64,000 bases of DNA from Planctomycetota bacterium (GTDB taxonomy: Bacteria > Planctomycetota > UBA1135 > UBA2386): contig OZ245838.1 of NCBI GenBank assembly GCA_965228735.1, forward strand, positions 6,272,001 through 6,336,000. The letters run 5' to 3'. Under the pieces are notes generated by a model. It was not told the origin of the DNA, searched no databases, and saw only the letters and a program-made list of their open reading frames with translations. Within the stretch, counting starts at the first letter, position 1; each line of letters starts with the position of its first letter. A program made the translations under genes and the position numbers. Below are positions 37,891 through 47,349 of this stretch, piece after piece.

Positions 37891-40488
37891 CTACGACGAT
37901 TCGCCGTCGCCGTCCGAGCTGCTGTCGTCGTCGCCCGGCTCGTCGCCGGCGCTTTCACCGTCGGCCACCGCGGCCTTCGCCTTCGGCTTCTCCGGCTTGG
38001 CGGTCAGCACGAAGTCGACGTCGTCGTCCTTCATCGTCGCCTTGATGTCGTACGGCGTGTCGAGCTCGCCGCGCAGCATCTGCTCGCTGAGCGGATCCTC
38101 GAGGTGCTTCTCGATGCCGCGCTTGAGCGGCCGCGCACCGAAGTCCTCGGTGAACGACTTGTCGATGAGCCACTCGAGCACGTCCGGCTGGACCTCGAGG
38201 CTGTGACCCTTGTGGCGCAGGCGGTCGTTCACCTTCTCGAGCTCGTTGCCGACGATGCGCTGCATGTCGTCACGCGTGAGCTGGTTGAAGATGACGATCT
38301 CATCGAGGCGGTTGATGAACTCCGGCCGGAAGTGGCGCTCCACCTCGGCCATGATCATCTCGCGCATCTTGTCGTTGCCCTGGTCCTTGCCCGACTTGGC
38401 GAAGCCGAGACCCGCGCTGTTCTTGATCAGGTTGGCGCCGATGTTCGACGTCATGATCAGGACCACGTTGCGGAAGTCGATGTGGCGGCCGAACGAGTCG
38501 GTCAGGCGGCCCTCCTCCATGATCTGGAGGAGCATGTTGAAGATGTCCGGGTGCGCCTTCTCGATCTCGTCGAGCAGCACGACCGAGTACGGCCGCCGGC
38601 GCACCTTCTCGGTGAGCTGGCCGCCCTCCTCGTAGCCGACGTAGCCCGGAGGCGCGCCGACGAGTCGCGAGGCGTTGTACTTCTCCATGTACTCGGACAT
38701 GTCGATCTGGATGATCGCGTCCTCGCTGCCGAACATGAACTTGGCGAGGCACTTGCTCAGCCAGGTCTTGCCGACGCCCGAGGGGCCGAGGAAGACGAAC
38801 GAGCCCATCGGCCGGTTCGGATCCTTGAGGCCCGCGCGCGAACGGCGCACGGCCTTGGCGATCGCCGTGATCGCGGCCTCCTGATTGATGACGTCGCGCC
38901 CGAGTTCGTCCTCCATCTGGAGGAGGCGCTCCGCCTCCGCCTGGTCGAGGCGGTTGAGCGGGATGCCCGTCATCTTGGAGACGGTCTCGGCGATGACTTC
39001 CTCGTCGACCTCACCGCCCGACTCCTTGCTGTTCTCGCGCTCGCGCCACTCCTTCTGGATCTCTTCCTTCTTCTTGCCGAGCTTGAAGGCTTGATCGCGG
39101 AGGTCCGCGGCGCGCTCGAAGTCCTGACCCGCGACCGCTTCCTCCTTCTCCTTGTTGAGACGGGCGATCTCGTTGTCCATCTCGCGAAGGTCGGGCGGCG
39201 CCGTCATCGACTTGATGCGGATGCGCGCGCCGGCTTCGTCGATCACGTCGATCGCCTTGTCCGGCAGGAAGCGGCCCGTGATGTAGCGCGTCGACAGCTC
39301 GACGGCGGCCTGCAGCGCGTCCTCCGTGAACGTGACGCGGTGGTGGGCCTCGTACTTGTCGCGCAGACCCTTGAGGATCTCGACGGCCTGCTCGGGCGTC
39401 GGCGGCTCGACGTTGACGGTCTGGAAGCGGCGCTCGAGCGCGCCGTCCTTCTCGATGTACTTACGGTACTCGTCGAGCGTCGTCGCGCCGATGCACTGCA
39501 CCTCGCCGCGCGAGAGCGCCGGCTTGAGCACGTTGCTCGCGTCGATCGCACCCTCGGCGCCGCCCGCACCGACGAGCGTGTGCAGTTCGTCGATGAAGAG
39601 CACGACGTCCTTGGCGCGGCGCACTTCGGTCATGACCGCCTTGATGCGCTCCTCGAACTGGCCGCGGTACTTCGTCCCGGCGACCATCATCGCGAGGTCG
39701 AGCACGACGAGGCGCTTGCGCCGCAGGATCTCGGGCACGGTGCCCTTGACGATCTGCTGGGCGAGCCCTTCGACGATGGCCGTCTTGCCGACGCCGGCTT
39801 CGCCGAGCAGCACCGGGTTGTTCTTGGTGCGGCGCGACAGGATCTGGATGACGCGCTCGATCTCCTGGTCCCGCCCGATCACGGGATCGAGCTTGCCGTC
39901 CTTCGCCAGCTCGGTGAGATCGCGGCCGAACGAGTCGAGCGCCGGCGTCTTGCTCTTGCCCTGCGAGCTGCCCTGGCGCGAGCTCGAACCCTCGGAGGAG
40001 CCGCCGCCGATGGACTCGCCACCCTCGCTGTCGTCCTCGTTGTTGTGTTCGGACGCGCCGAGGAACTCGAGGACCTCCTCGCGGACCTCGTCGAGCTTGA
40101 CGCCGAGGTTCATCAGCACCTGCGCGGCGATGCCCTCGTTCTCGCGGATCAGGCCGAGCAGCAGGTGCTCCGTCCCGATGTAGTTGTGGCTGAGCTGCGA
40201 GGCCTCCTCCATGGAGAGCTCGAGCACCTTCTTGGCCCGTGGCGTGAACGGCAGCTGGCCCATGGTGACCATCGAGGGGCCCGTCTTGACGATCTTCTCC
40301 ACCTCGTGGCGGATCTTCTCGAGATCGACGGTCATGTTCTTGAGCACGTTGGCGGCGACGCCGCTGCCTTCCTGGACCAATCCGAGGAGGATGTGCTCGG
40401 TCCCGATGTACTCGTGGTTGAACTTCATCGCCTCTTGGCGAGCGAAGCTCATGACCTTCTTGGCGCGGTCGGTGAAGCGATCAAACAT
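37891..40488 (-). CDS. clpC: ATP-dependent Clp protease ATP-binding subunit ClpC
   Basis: Double Clp-N domain, two AAA modules ([16 protein letters not shown]) and UVR M-domain ([11 protein letters not shown]). Confidence 0.97.
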   Translation of the reverse strand: MFDRFTDRAKKVMSFARQEAMKFNHEYIGTEHILLGLVQEGSGVAANVLKNMTVDLEKIRHEVEKIVKTGPSMVTMGQLPFTPRAKKVLELSMEEASQLSHNYIGTEHLLLGLIRENEGIAAQVLMNLGVKLDEVREEVLEFLGASEHNNEDDSEGGESIGGGSSEGSSSRQGSSQGKSKTPALDSFGRDLTELAKDGKLDPVIGRDQEIERVIQILSRRTKNNPVLLGEAGVGKTAIVEGLAQQIVKGTVPEILRRKRLVVLDLAMMVAGTKYRGQFEERIKAVMTEVRRAKDVVLFIDELHTLVGAGGAEGAIDASNVLKPALSRGEVQCIGATTLDEYRKYIEKDGALERRFQTVNVEPPTPEQAVEILKGLRDKYEAHHRVTFTEDALQAAVELSTRYITGRFLPDKAIDVIDEAGARIRIKSMTAPPDLREMDNEIARLNKEKEEAVAGQDFERAADLRDQAFKLGKKKEEIQKEWRERENSKESGGEVDEEVIAETVSKMTGIPLNRLDQAEAERLLQMEDELGRDVINQEAAITAIAKAVRRSRAGLKDPNRPMGSFVFLGPSGVGKTWLSKCLAKFMFGSEDAIIQIDMSEYMEKYNASRLVGAPPGYVGYEEGGQLTEKVRRRPYSVVLLDEIEKAHPDIFNMLLQIMEEGRLTDSFGRHIDFRNVVLIMTSNIGANLIKNSAGLGFAKSGKDQGNDKMREMIMAEVERHFRPEFINRLDEIVIFNQLTRDDMQRIVGNELEKVNDRLRHKGHSLEVQPDVLEWLIDKSFTEDFGARPLKRGIEKHLEDPLSEQMLRGELDTPYDIKATMKDDDVDFVLTAKPEKPKAKAAVADGESAGDEPGDDDSSSDGDGESS

Positions 40489-40711
40489 GCTGTTGTGGTC
40501 TCCGCAGGGCCCGGGTGGCTCTGGTCTCTAGATCGGTTACCTGCGGTATAGGATTTACCCGGTTTGGAGATCCAGATGCGAAGGGCAAGACGGGGGTTTT
40601 TCGGCCGTTTACGGCCACCGCCTTGAATCTGCGGTTTCGGCAGTCTCGGGGCGCTTCGGGTTTACCCCTTGTCCCCTTGGGCAGGCCCGGGCTGGCGGTG
40701 TGACGGCGCCC

Positions 40712-41797
40712 TCAGAGGTCGACCCGCAGGATCTCGCGCACGAGCCGCGCGCGGCGCTCGTCACGGGCCTCGGCGTCGAGCCGCTGGCGCGAATCGCGCT
40801 GCAGGTGGCCGGGCTGCGACATCAGCAGCGCGCGGTTCACGTCGGCGACGGCGAACCCCGACAGGATCTCCTCCTCGAGCCCGAACCGCAGCGCCGAGAG
40901 GCAGCCCAGACACTCCTCGCTCGTGAGGATCTGGGCGCGCTCGATCGTGCCGAGGGCGCGGTGGATGCGGTCGAGGGTGCGGGCCCGGGCCGCGCCGCGC
41001 AGCAGCGCCTGGCGCACTTCGCGCTCCCACGTGACGAGGCGGCCGACCGCGAGGTTGACGTCGTCGAGGATCTGCTGCTCGTCGCGGCCGAGCGTGATCT
41101 GATTGCTGACCTGGTAGAAGTCGCCGAGCGCCCGGCTGCCTTCGCCGTAGAGCCCGCGGACCGCGAGGTGGATCTTCTGCGCCACGTTGGTCGCGCGCTC
41201 GATGTCGTCGGACCACACGAGGCCCGGCAGGTGCAGCATCACGGAGACGCGCAGACCCGTGCCCGTGTTGGTCGGACACGACGTCTGGAAGCCGAACTCC
41301 TCGGACCACGCGATCGGCAGCCGTTGGATCAGCGCATCGTCGAGCCTCTCCGCGCGCTGCCAGGCGCCAGCGAGGTCGAGGCCGGACTCGAACACCTGCA
41401 TGCGCAGATGGTCCTCCTCGTTGACCATGATCGCGACGCTCTCCTTGGTGTCGATCGCAGCCGCGCGCGGGCGTCGGCTCGACGCGAGATCGCGGCTGAT
41501 GAGGTGACGCTCGACGAGCACCGAACGGTCGAGTTCGTCGATCGAATCGAGGTCGACGACCGCGAGGCTCTCCGGCAGGCCGGGCTTCTGCAGCCGGTCG
41601 ATGACGAAGTCGCACAGCCGGCGCGCCTCGCCCTCCTCGAGCCGGGGGGTGAAGTGGTAGCCGACGAGGTTGCGGGCGAGCCGCACGCGCGTGCAGATCG
41701 CGATGTCGCTGTCGGGGCCGGTGCCGCGCAGCCACGCGCCGCCGTCGAACTCCGAACCGCCCTCGAAGTCGGCGCCGCGCTCTCGGCGATCGCTCAC
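40712..41797 (-). CDS. mcsB: Protein arginine kinase McsB
   Basis: TRVRLARN, LVERHLIS, NEEDHLR, CPTNTGTGLR.SVMLHLP, RGLYGEGS and YQVSNQITLG. GTG start overlaps the mcsA stop. Confidence 0.93.
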   Translation of the reverse strand: MSDRRERGADFEGGSEFDGGAWLRGTGPDSDIAICTRVRLARNLVGYHFTPRLEEGEARRLCDFVIDRLQKPGLPESLAVVDLDSIDELDRSVLVERHLISRDLASSRRPRAAAIDTKESVAIMVNEEDHLRMQVFESGLDLAGAWQRAERLDDALIQRLPIAWSEEFGFQTSCPTNTGTGLRVSVMLHLPGLVWSDDIERATNVAQKIHLAVRGLYGEGSRALGDFYQVSNQITLGRDEQQILDDVNLAVGRLVTWEREVRQALLRGAARARTLDRIHRALGTIERAQILTSEECLGCLSALRFGLEEEILSGFAVADVNRALLMSQPGHLQRDSRQRLDAEARDERRARLVREILRVDL

Positions 41798-42315
41798 GAC
41801 GACGCGCCTCCCTGCTCGAGTCGCCGCAGATCGTCGCGCAGTTGCGCGGCCTCTTCGTAGCGTTCGCCGCGAACCGCGTCCTCGAGCTTCTGCCGCAACT
41901 CCGTCAGGTCCTGCTCGTTGCTCGGGGGCGGCGCGGACGCGAGGTGGCCGGGCAGGCGACCGCGGTGGCTCTGCGACTCGTGGATGCGCTGCAGCAGCGG
42001 CAACAGGTCGTTGCGCCACGTGTCGTAGCAGCGGGGGCAGCCGAGCCGTCCCTTGTTGCGGAACTCGCTGACGCTCATCGCGCACCCGGGGCATGCGTCG
42101 GCCTGGTGGCGCGGGGCCGACTGCGTGCTCTTCATGCCGCCGAGCAGATCCTCGAGGATCTCGGCCGAGAACTTCGGCGGCGCCTTGGGCTGCGCGAGAC
42201 CGAGCTGCTCCGCGCAGTTCTGGCAGAGGTGCTGCGAGCTGGACACGGCACCTTCGTCGAGGTCCAGGATGACGACCGAGGCGATCGCCGTCTGGCATGC
42301 GGAGCAGTACTGCAT
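41794..42315 (-). CDS. mcsA: McsA (four CxxC motifs plus UVR domain)
   Basis: CSAC, CQNC, CPGC and GRLGCPRCY; ERYEEAAQLRD. Confidence 0.93.
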   Translation of the reverse strand: MQYCSACQTAIASVVILDLDEGAVSSSQHLCQNCAEQLGLAQPKAPPKFSAEILEDLLGGMKSTQSAPRHQADACPGCAMSVSEFRNKGRLGCPRCYDTWRNDLLPLLQRIHESQSHRGRLPGHLASAPPPSNEQDLTELRQKLEDAVRGERYEEAAQLRDDLRRLEQGGASS

Positions 42316-42328
42316 CGGTGGACTCACA

Positions 42329-43768
42329 TTACCCGCTGGGCGTCGCGTGCGCACGCGTGCCGCTCGCGCGCCCGAGCCACTCGTGGAACGCGAGGCCGCG
42401 CGCGCGAAAGTTGGGGTATTGATCGAACGATGCGAAGCCCGGACTGAACAGCACGACGTCGCCGGGGGTCGCCGCTCCGAGCGCGGCGGCGAGCGCGTCG
42501 TCCAGGTGTTCGCTCTGCGTCAGGGTGGGAGCGTTCGGCCAGTGCGCCGCGAGCGGAGCCGCAGCGGCGCCGAAGACGTGCGCCGTGGCGCAGCGCTGCG
42601 CGAGTTCGCGCGCGGCTTCGTCGAACCGGCCGTCCTTGCTCTTGCCGCCGCCGACCCAGTGCACCCGCGCCGCGGGACGACCGCGTTCGGCATCCAGGGC
42701 GAGCGTGTCGAGCGCCGAGACCGTCGAGTCGAGCGCCGTGCTCACGGCGTTGTCGAACACCCGCACGCCGCGGATCGTCGCGACCTGCTGCAGGCGGAAC
42801 GGCAGCGGCGAGGCCAGCGCGAGCGCGAGGCCCGTGTTGTGTTCGTCGGCGCCGAGGCTGTCCGCCGCGAGTGCCGCAGCCAGGGCGTTCTCCAGCTGGA
42901 AGCCGCTGCCGCCCTGCAGCATCGCATCGCGGTGGGCCAGCCGGACGGCCGCCGCGACGCCGCGACGCAGCGCGAGGAACCCGTCGACGAGGCCGCCGCA
43001 GTCCGGGGCGGGCTCGGTCAATGCGAAGCGCCGGCGCGTGTTCGCTCCGGTCGGATACGCCGCCGCGACCTCGTCGGCCGCCGCATGCACGACGAAGCGT
43101 CTGGCGGCCGCCGCGAGCCGCCCCTTGGCCGCGTGGTAGTCGGCGAGCGTGCCGTGACGATCGAGGTGGTCGCACGTTACGCGCGTGAACACCGCGCCGT
43201 GGACCGCGCGTTCGGGCGCGAGGCGCGCGAGCTGGAAGCTCGACATCTCCACCACCGCGATCTGGTCCGAACGCCACTGCGCTTCGTCGGCGAGGAGGCT
43301 GTGGCCGATGTTGCCGCCGAGCAGCGCGTCGATCCCGGCGCGCCGCAGCGCCCGGTGCAGCAGCGTCGCCGTCGTGGACTTGCCGTTCGTTCCCGTGACC
43401 CCGACGACGCGGCCCGGATAGGCCGCGAGGAACAGGTCGAGCTCCTGCGTGAGCGCGATGCCGCGCGCGCGGGCCGCGCCGATCAGCGGGTGGTCGTCGG
43501 GCACGGCGGGGTTCTGGACGACGAGTTCGATCCCCGCGAGCAGGCCCGCGTCCTCGCGGCCGAGTTGCCAATCGACCGTTCCCGCGCCCGGCGTCCGATC
43601 ACCCTCGCCGATGCTGCGGCGCACGTCCTGCAGATCGGCGCCGTCGGCCCGATCGGCGACCCGGACCCGACAGCCGTGACGCACGAGGAAGCGGATGGCC
43701 TCGCGACCACCGCCGAATCGCCCGAGCCCATGGACGAGCACCGCGGTGCCGGGGGCCGGGCAGCTCAT
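42329..43768 (-). CDS. murD: UDP-N-acetylmuramoyl-L-alanine--D-glutamate ligase
   Basis: GLGRFGGG, GVTGTNGKSTT, GGNIG, EMSSFQL, DHLDRH and SPGFASFDQYPNFRARG. Confidence 0.9.
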   Translation of the reverse strand: MSCPAPGTAVLVHGLGRFGGGREAIRFLVRHGCRVRVADRADGADLQDVRRSIGEGDRTPGAGTVDWQLGREDAGLLAGIELVVQNPAVPDDHPLIGAARARGIALTQELDLFLAAYPGRVVGVTGTNGKSTTATLLHRALRRAGIDALLGGNIGHSLLADEAQWRSDQIAVVEMSSFQLARLAPERAVHGAVFTRVTCDHLDRHGTLADYHAAKGRLAAAARRFVVHAAADEVAAAYPTGANTRRRFALTEPAPDCGGLVDGFLALRRGVAAAVRLAHRDAMLQGGSGFQLENALAAALAADSLGADEHNTGLALALASPLPFRLQQVATIRGVRVFDNAVSTALDSTVSALDTLALDAERGRPAARVHWVGGGKSKDGRFDEAARELAQRCATAHVFGAAAAPLAAHWPNAPTLTQSEHLDDALAAALGAATPGDVVLFSPGFASFDQYPNFRARGLAFHEWLGRASGTRAHATPSG

Positions 43769-44217
43769 CGTGAGATCCGCGCGGCTTCGACGCGGCGCCG
43801 AACCTGTTCGCTGTTCTGCGGCCGGACATCCTCTTCCGCGCGCATCGAGAGCGGCGTCGCGGGCGGCGTCACGAGCACCGTGTACGACGGATCGGGGTCG
43901 AAGAGCCGGCCCGCGGCTTCGAGCACGAAGTCGAACGGAAACAGCCAGGGGCTCGCCGGCTCCTCCATCACGAGGGCCTGGCTCATCGACAGCCGCGACC
44001 AATCCGGCCGGCCGTCCGGTCGCGGCCTCGGGATCACGTCGACGCGGCTCGTGCCGTAGTAGCGGAACGGCAGGATCGGGCGCGTTTCAAGCCGCCCATC
44101 GACGTAGCAGCGGTGGCCACCGTCGTTGTCGAGGAACGTCGTCGGTCCGGCGCAGCCCGCGAGCGCGATTGCGGCGAGCAGAGCGAGGCTGGCAGCGACT
44201 GACCGGTGACGCGACAT
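43765..44217 (-). CDS. Hypothetical lipoprotein
   Basis: Lipobox LAGC, PFRYYGT and PWLFPFDF. Coupled to murD (ATGA). Confidence 0.7.
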   Translation of the reverse strand: MSRHRSVAASLALLAAIALAGCAGPTTFLDNDGGHRCYVDGRLETRPILPFRYYGTSRVDVIPRPRPDGRPDWSRLSMSQALVMEEPASPWLFPFDFVLEAAGRLFDPDPSYTVLVTPPATPLSMRAEEDVRPQNSEQVRRRVEAARISR

Positions 44218-44257
44218 CGAAGCGGGCAATCCGCCGGTTCGGGCCCGGCGGGAAAGT

Positions 44258-44349
<92 letters not shown>

Positions 44350-44366
44350 GCAGGTGCCGTGACGGG

Positions 44367-44395
44367 ATTCAACGCGCTGCCGGCCAGCCCGTCAA
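44367..44395 (-). promoter_or_regulatory. Putative sigma70 promoter of tRNA-Ser(GCT)
   Basis: TTGACG-N17-TTGAAT on the minus strand just upstream of the tRNA. Confidence 0.45.
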
Positions 44396-44681
44396 CAGCC
44401 GTCTCCAGAACGAGCTGATGCCTTGCGTGTGGTGCGGTTGCCCTAACGCCGCGTCCGGTCTTCGGGTAGGGCGTTCTGGTGCGCCGGTCCGGCCGGTCGG
44501 GTCCCGGTCCGGTCCCGGTCGTTCCAAGCACCGGGTTCGTGCAGCCGTGCACCGTGCGACAACCACACGCATGACATCAGTCTCCGGAAGGTGTCGGGTC
44601 GCGGTGGGAGCGGCGGGGTCGGGGTCGGGCCACCTCGACACGGCGGTTCGGGACGCGACTCGAACGACCGCCGAAAGGCGC

Positions 44682-44733
44682 TTGCATTCCGTGGCCGACA
44701 AACTAGACTGTCGGTCGGACAGGAATAGTTGTC
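44682..44733 (+). promoter_or_regulatory. Promoter with two tandem GACA-N8-TGTC operators
   Basis: TTGCAT (44682)-N16-TAGACT (44704). GACAaactagacTGTC at 44697-44712 and GACAggaatagtTGTC at 44718-44733. Confidence 0.65.
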
Positions 44734-44807
44734 GGTGGCTGTGCGCGCCAGCCGCCGGTCGAGCCGGTCCGCCTACCAGCAGAACCCAATCACCAGGAGA
44801 ATGACCC

Positions 44808-45638
44808 ATGTCAGTCAGTAGCAGACAGTTCGAGATGGAGATCCGGCTTCCCGCGACGCCCGACCAGGTTTGGAGCGCGATCGCCGACAAGACCGAGTTG
44901 CAGCGCTGGTTCGCGCCACGCTGCGAGATCGAACCGCGCGTCGGCGGGGCGGTCCTGTGGCAGTGGGGTGAGCACCACACCTGGCCGCAGGTTGTCGAGA
45001 CGTGTGAGCCGGGCGCGCACCTGCGGACGCGCTACGACTCCGTCGTCGACGATGGGGCGGGCGGCAAGCGGCCGCTGTTCATCGACTTCTTCCTCACCGG
45101 CGACGGGGGCGAGACCGTGTTGCGGCTCGTGCACTCCGGGTTCGGACCCGAGGGCGACTTCGACGCCGAGTACGACGGCATCTCGAGCGGTTGGCCGGTC
45201 GAGTTGCGCAGCCTGCGGCACTACCTCGCGCACCACCGCGGCAGGGATCGTCAGATCGCGTGGAGCCTGTGGTCGACGCAGCTCGATCCCGAGACCGCGT
45301 GGTCGCGGCTGACCGGCGACGGCGGGCTGCCGCTCGGCGGTCTGCACGAGTTGGCCGAAGGCGACTCCTACTCGGTGTCCATCCCGGGCGCGGGCTCGAT
45401 CGCCGGGCGCGTCCTGCACGTGCCACACGCGCGCGAGTTCTCCGGCACCGCGGAGAACCTGAACAACGGCTGGTTCCGGGTGCACTGCGAGCACTGGGCC
45501 GGCGCGACGCAGATCTGGATCTGGCTCGCCGCCTACGACGCGGATCCGAACGAGTTGGCGAAGTTCGAACGCGCGTTCGACACCACGCTCGGAGCGTTGT
45601 TCGACGACGGCAAGAAGACGGCGGGGGCGGTGGCTTGA
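44808..45638 (+). CDS. SRPBCC (AHA1/START-like) domain protein, probably tandem
   Basis: PATPDQVWSAI....LQRWF, LRLVHSGF and GW...LRSLRHYL. SD CAGGAG upstream. Confidence 0.88.
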   Translation: MSVSSRQFEMEIRLPATPDQVWSAIADKTELQRWFAPRCEIEPRVGGAVLWQWGEHHTWPQVVETCEPGAHLRTRYDSVVDDGAGGKRPLFIDFFLTGDGGETVLRLVHSGFGPEGDFDAEYDGISSGWPVELRSLRHYLAHHRGRDRQIAWSLWSTQLDPETAWSRLTGDGGLPLGGLHELAEGDSYSVSIPGAGSIAGRVLHVPHAREFSGTAENLNNGWFRVHCEHWAGATQIWIWLAAYDADPNELAKFERAFDTTLGALFDDGKKTAGAVA

Positions 45639-46234
45639 GCGCCGCCGTCGATGACGCAGTCCTCGTCGTCGAGGAGCCCGAGCAGGCCAGAACCCTGCTG
45701 CACGACACCCGACTCGAGATCCTCGAGCGGCTCACGAACCCGGAGTCCGCGGCGAGTCTCGCAACGGCGATGAACCTGCCGCGCCAGCGGCTCAACTATC
45801 ACCTGCGCGAGCTCGCGGCCCAGGGGCTCATCGAGACGGTGAGCGAGTCGACGCGCGGCAGCGTTCGCGAGCGGACCTACCGCCGCGCCGGCCGCTGCTA
45901 CGCGATCTCGGCGCACGCCCTCGGCACCCTCGGCGCCCGGCCGGAGCACGTGCAGGACCGGTTCTCGTCGGCCTACCAGATCGCGGTCGCCAACCAGGCG
46001 ATCGCCGACCTGGCCCTGCTGCGCGCCGGCGCGGCTGCCGCGGGCAAGCCGCTGCCGACGATGACGCTCGAGGTCGACGTCCGGTTCAAGGACGCCGAGA
46101 GTCGTAGCGCGTTCGCGCAGGAGCTGTCCGACTCGGTCGCGGCATTGGTCCGGAAGTACCACGACGACACGACCTCGGGCGGGCGCACGTTCAAGTTCTT
46201 CGCCGGGTCATACCCCAAGCCGAAGGCGACGTGA
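45635..46234 (+). CDS. ArsR-like winged-HTH transcriptional regulator
   Basis: RLEILERL..PESAASLA..MNLPRQRLNYHLREL...GLIE. TTG start overlaps the upstream stop. Confidence 0.88.
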   Translation: MSAAVDDAVLVVEEPEQARTLLHDTRLEILERLTNPESAASLATAMNLPRQRLNYHLRELAAQGLIETVSESTRGSVRERTYRRAGRCYAISAHALGTLGARPEHVQDRFSSAYQIAVANQAIADLALLRAGAAAAGKPLPTMTLEVDVRFKDAESRSAFAQELSDSVAALVRKYHDDTTSGGRTFKFFAGSYPKPKAT

Positions 46235-46655
46235 CCGGCCGTGCGGCCGGGGCCACCTGCTGCCGACGGCACGACAGGGAGCAACGCTGGCAGCGTCGAT
46301 TACCGATCGCAGCAGTCTGCTCCCGACCGCTGGGCGATCGGGATACGGGCTGCGGACTGTCGGTTGGCCCGGCGGTAGTCTCACCGACCACCATGGCTTC
46401 GGATTCCGCTCACGGGCGGGTGCTGCTGGGTCGGGCATGCCCCACGGTCTCGGGTAGGGCCCTGCCGTCCCATTCTCCCCGGGCGTCCGGCTTCGCCGGC
46501 ATGCCGAGCATGCGATCGACGCAATCGCTCTCGAAACGGGCCGCTGGAGTGGCGACGAAGGTCCTTCGGGACGTTCTTCGTGCGCGGCATGGGAACTCGC
46601 GGGAACACTCCCGGCCATAGCCACCCTGGCTGAGATGACAACAGCGATGAGAAGG

Positions 46656-46745
46656 TGGCGGTGGGAGAGGGATTCGAACCCCCGGTCGGCTTGCACCGAC
46701 GCCGGTTTTCAAAACCGGTCCATTCGGCCGCTCTGGCATCCCACC
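46656..46745 (-). tRNA. tRNA-Ser(TGA)
   Basis: GGTGGGA/TCCCACC acceptor with GCCA, CCGGT-TTTGAAA-ACCGG anticodon arm, long variable arm and TTCGAATCC. Confidence 0.96.
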
Positions 46746-46850
46746 GGGCCGGCCGCGGGCTGCGCGACGCCGGCAGCGTAGTTGCGTCGGAGCCCGGAGT
46801 CCATGCGCGCGCAGATGCCCTGGCGAATTGCGGGCCTCGGCCGGTCTGCG

Positions 46851-47273
46851 CTAGTCGACGCTGACTTCGTCGAGCACGTGGCGGGCGACGAAGATGCGGG
46901 CCTGGGTCTGCACGGCGAGGGCGATCGCGTCCGAGGGGCGGCAGTCGACGCGCACCTCGTCGGTCTGGCTGTCCGGTGCGGTGCCCTTCGGCACGAGGCC
47001 GAGGAACGCGAAGAACGTGCCGTCGCGCAGGTCGTTCACGACGACGCGTTGCAGGCGGTGGCCGAGGTTCTGGATCACGCGGCCCACGAGGTCGTGGGTC
47101 AGCGGGCGCTGGGTCTCGACGGCGTGCAGCTTGCGGTTGATCTCCTCGACCTCGTGGAAGCCGATCACGATCGAGAAGATGCGGCTGCCCTGGCGTTCCT
47201 TGAGGTTGAGGAACTGCTGCTCACCCTTCTGCTGGATGATGACGCGAGAGAGTTCGACTTCGACGAGGTCCAT
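46851..47273 (-). CDS. Bifunctional nuclease family (DUF151) protein
   Basis: IVIG..E, RPLTHDL, DGTFFA and DCRPSDAIALA. Confidence 0.92.
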   Translation of the reverse strand: MDLVEVELSRVIIQQKGEQQFLNLKERQGSRIFSIVIGFHEVEEINRKLHAVETQRPLTHDLVGRVIQNLGHRLQRVVVNDLRDGTFFAFLGLVPKGTAPDSQTDEVRVDCRPSDAIALAVQTQARIFVARHVLDEVSVD

Positions 47274-47349
47274 GCGGGAGCGTGCCGTGGCGGGTCCGTC
47301 GGCGCAGTGTAGCCAACGCCCTGGGCCGCGCGCACGGTATAACGGGCCG

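Noticed and set aside
37570..40551. 993-aa plus-strand ORF and many similar long antisense or alternate-frame ORFs (e.g. 54718-58587, 22883-25603, 26866-29772, 19781-22333)
   Set aside because: These are shadow ORFs of real high-GC3 genes on the opposite strand and contain no recognisable motifs.
40489..40711. CtsR or HrcA (CIRCE) operator upstream of clpC
   Set aside because: No GTCAAA direct repeats or TTAGCACTC-N9-GAGTGCTAA were found by eye.
44484..44520. CCGGT(C) short repeats in the intergenic region
   Set aside because: Short, irregular GC-rich low-complexity sequence that is expected by chance.
44350..46655. Active integrative element or prophage at tRNA-Ser
   Set aside because: No integrase, att duplication or phage genes. 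Retained only as a possible remnant islet.
46656..46745. Selenocysteine or suppressor tRNA because of 'TGA'
   Set aside because: TGA is the anticodon and reads UCA (Ser). A Sec tRNA would have anticodon TCA and a longer acceptor stem.
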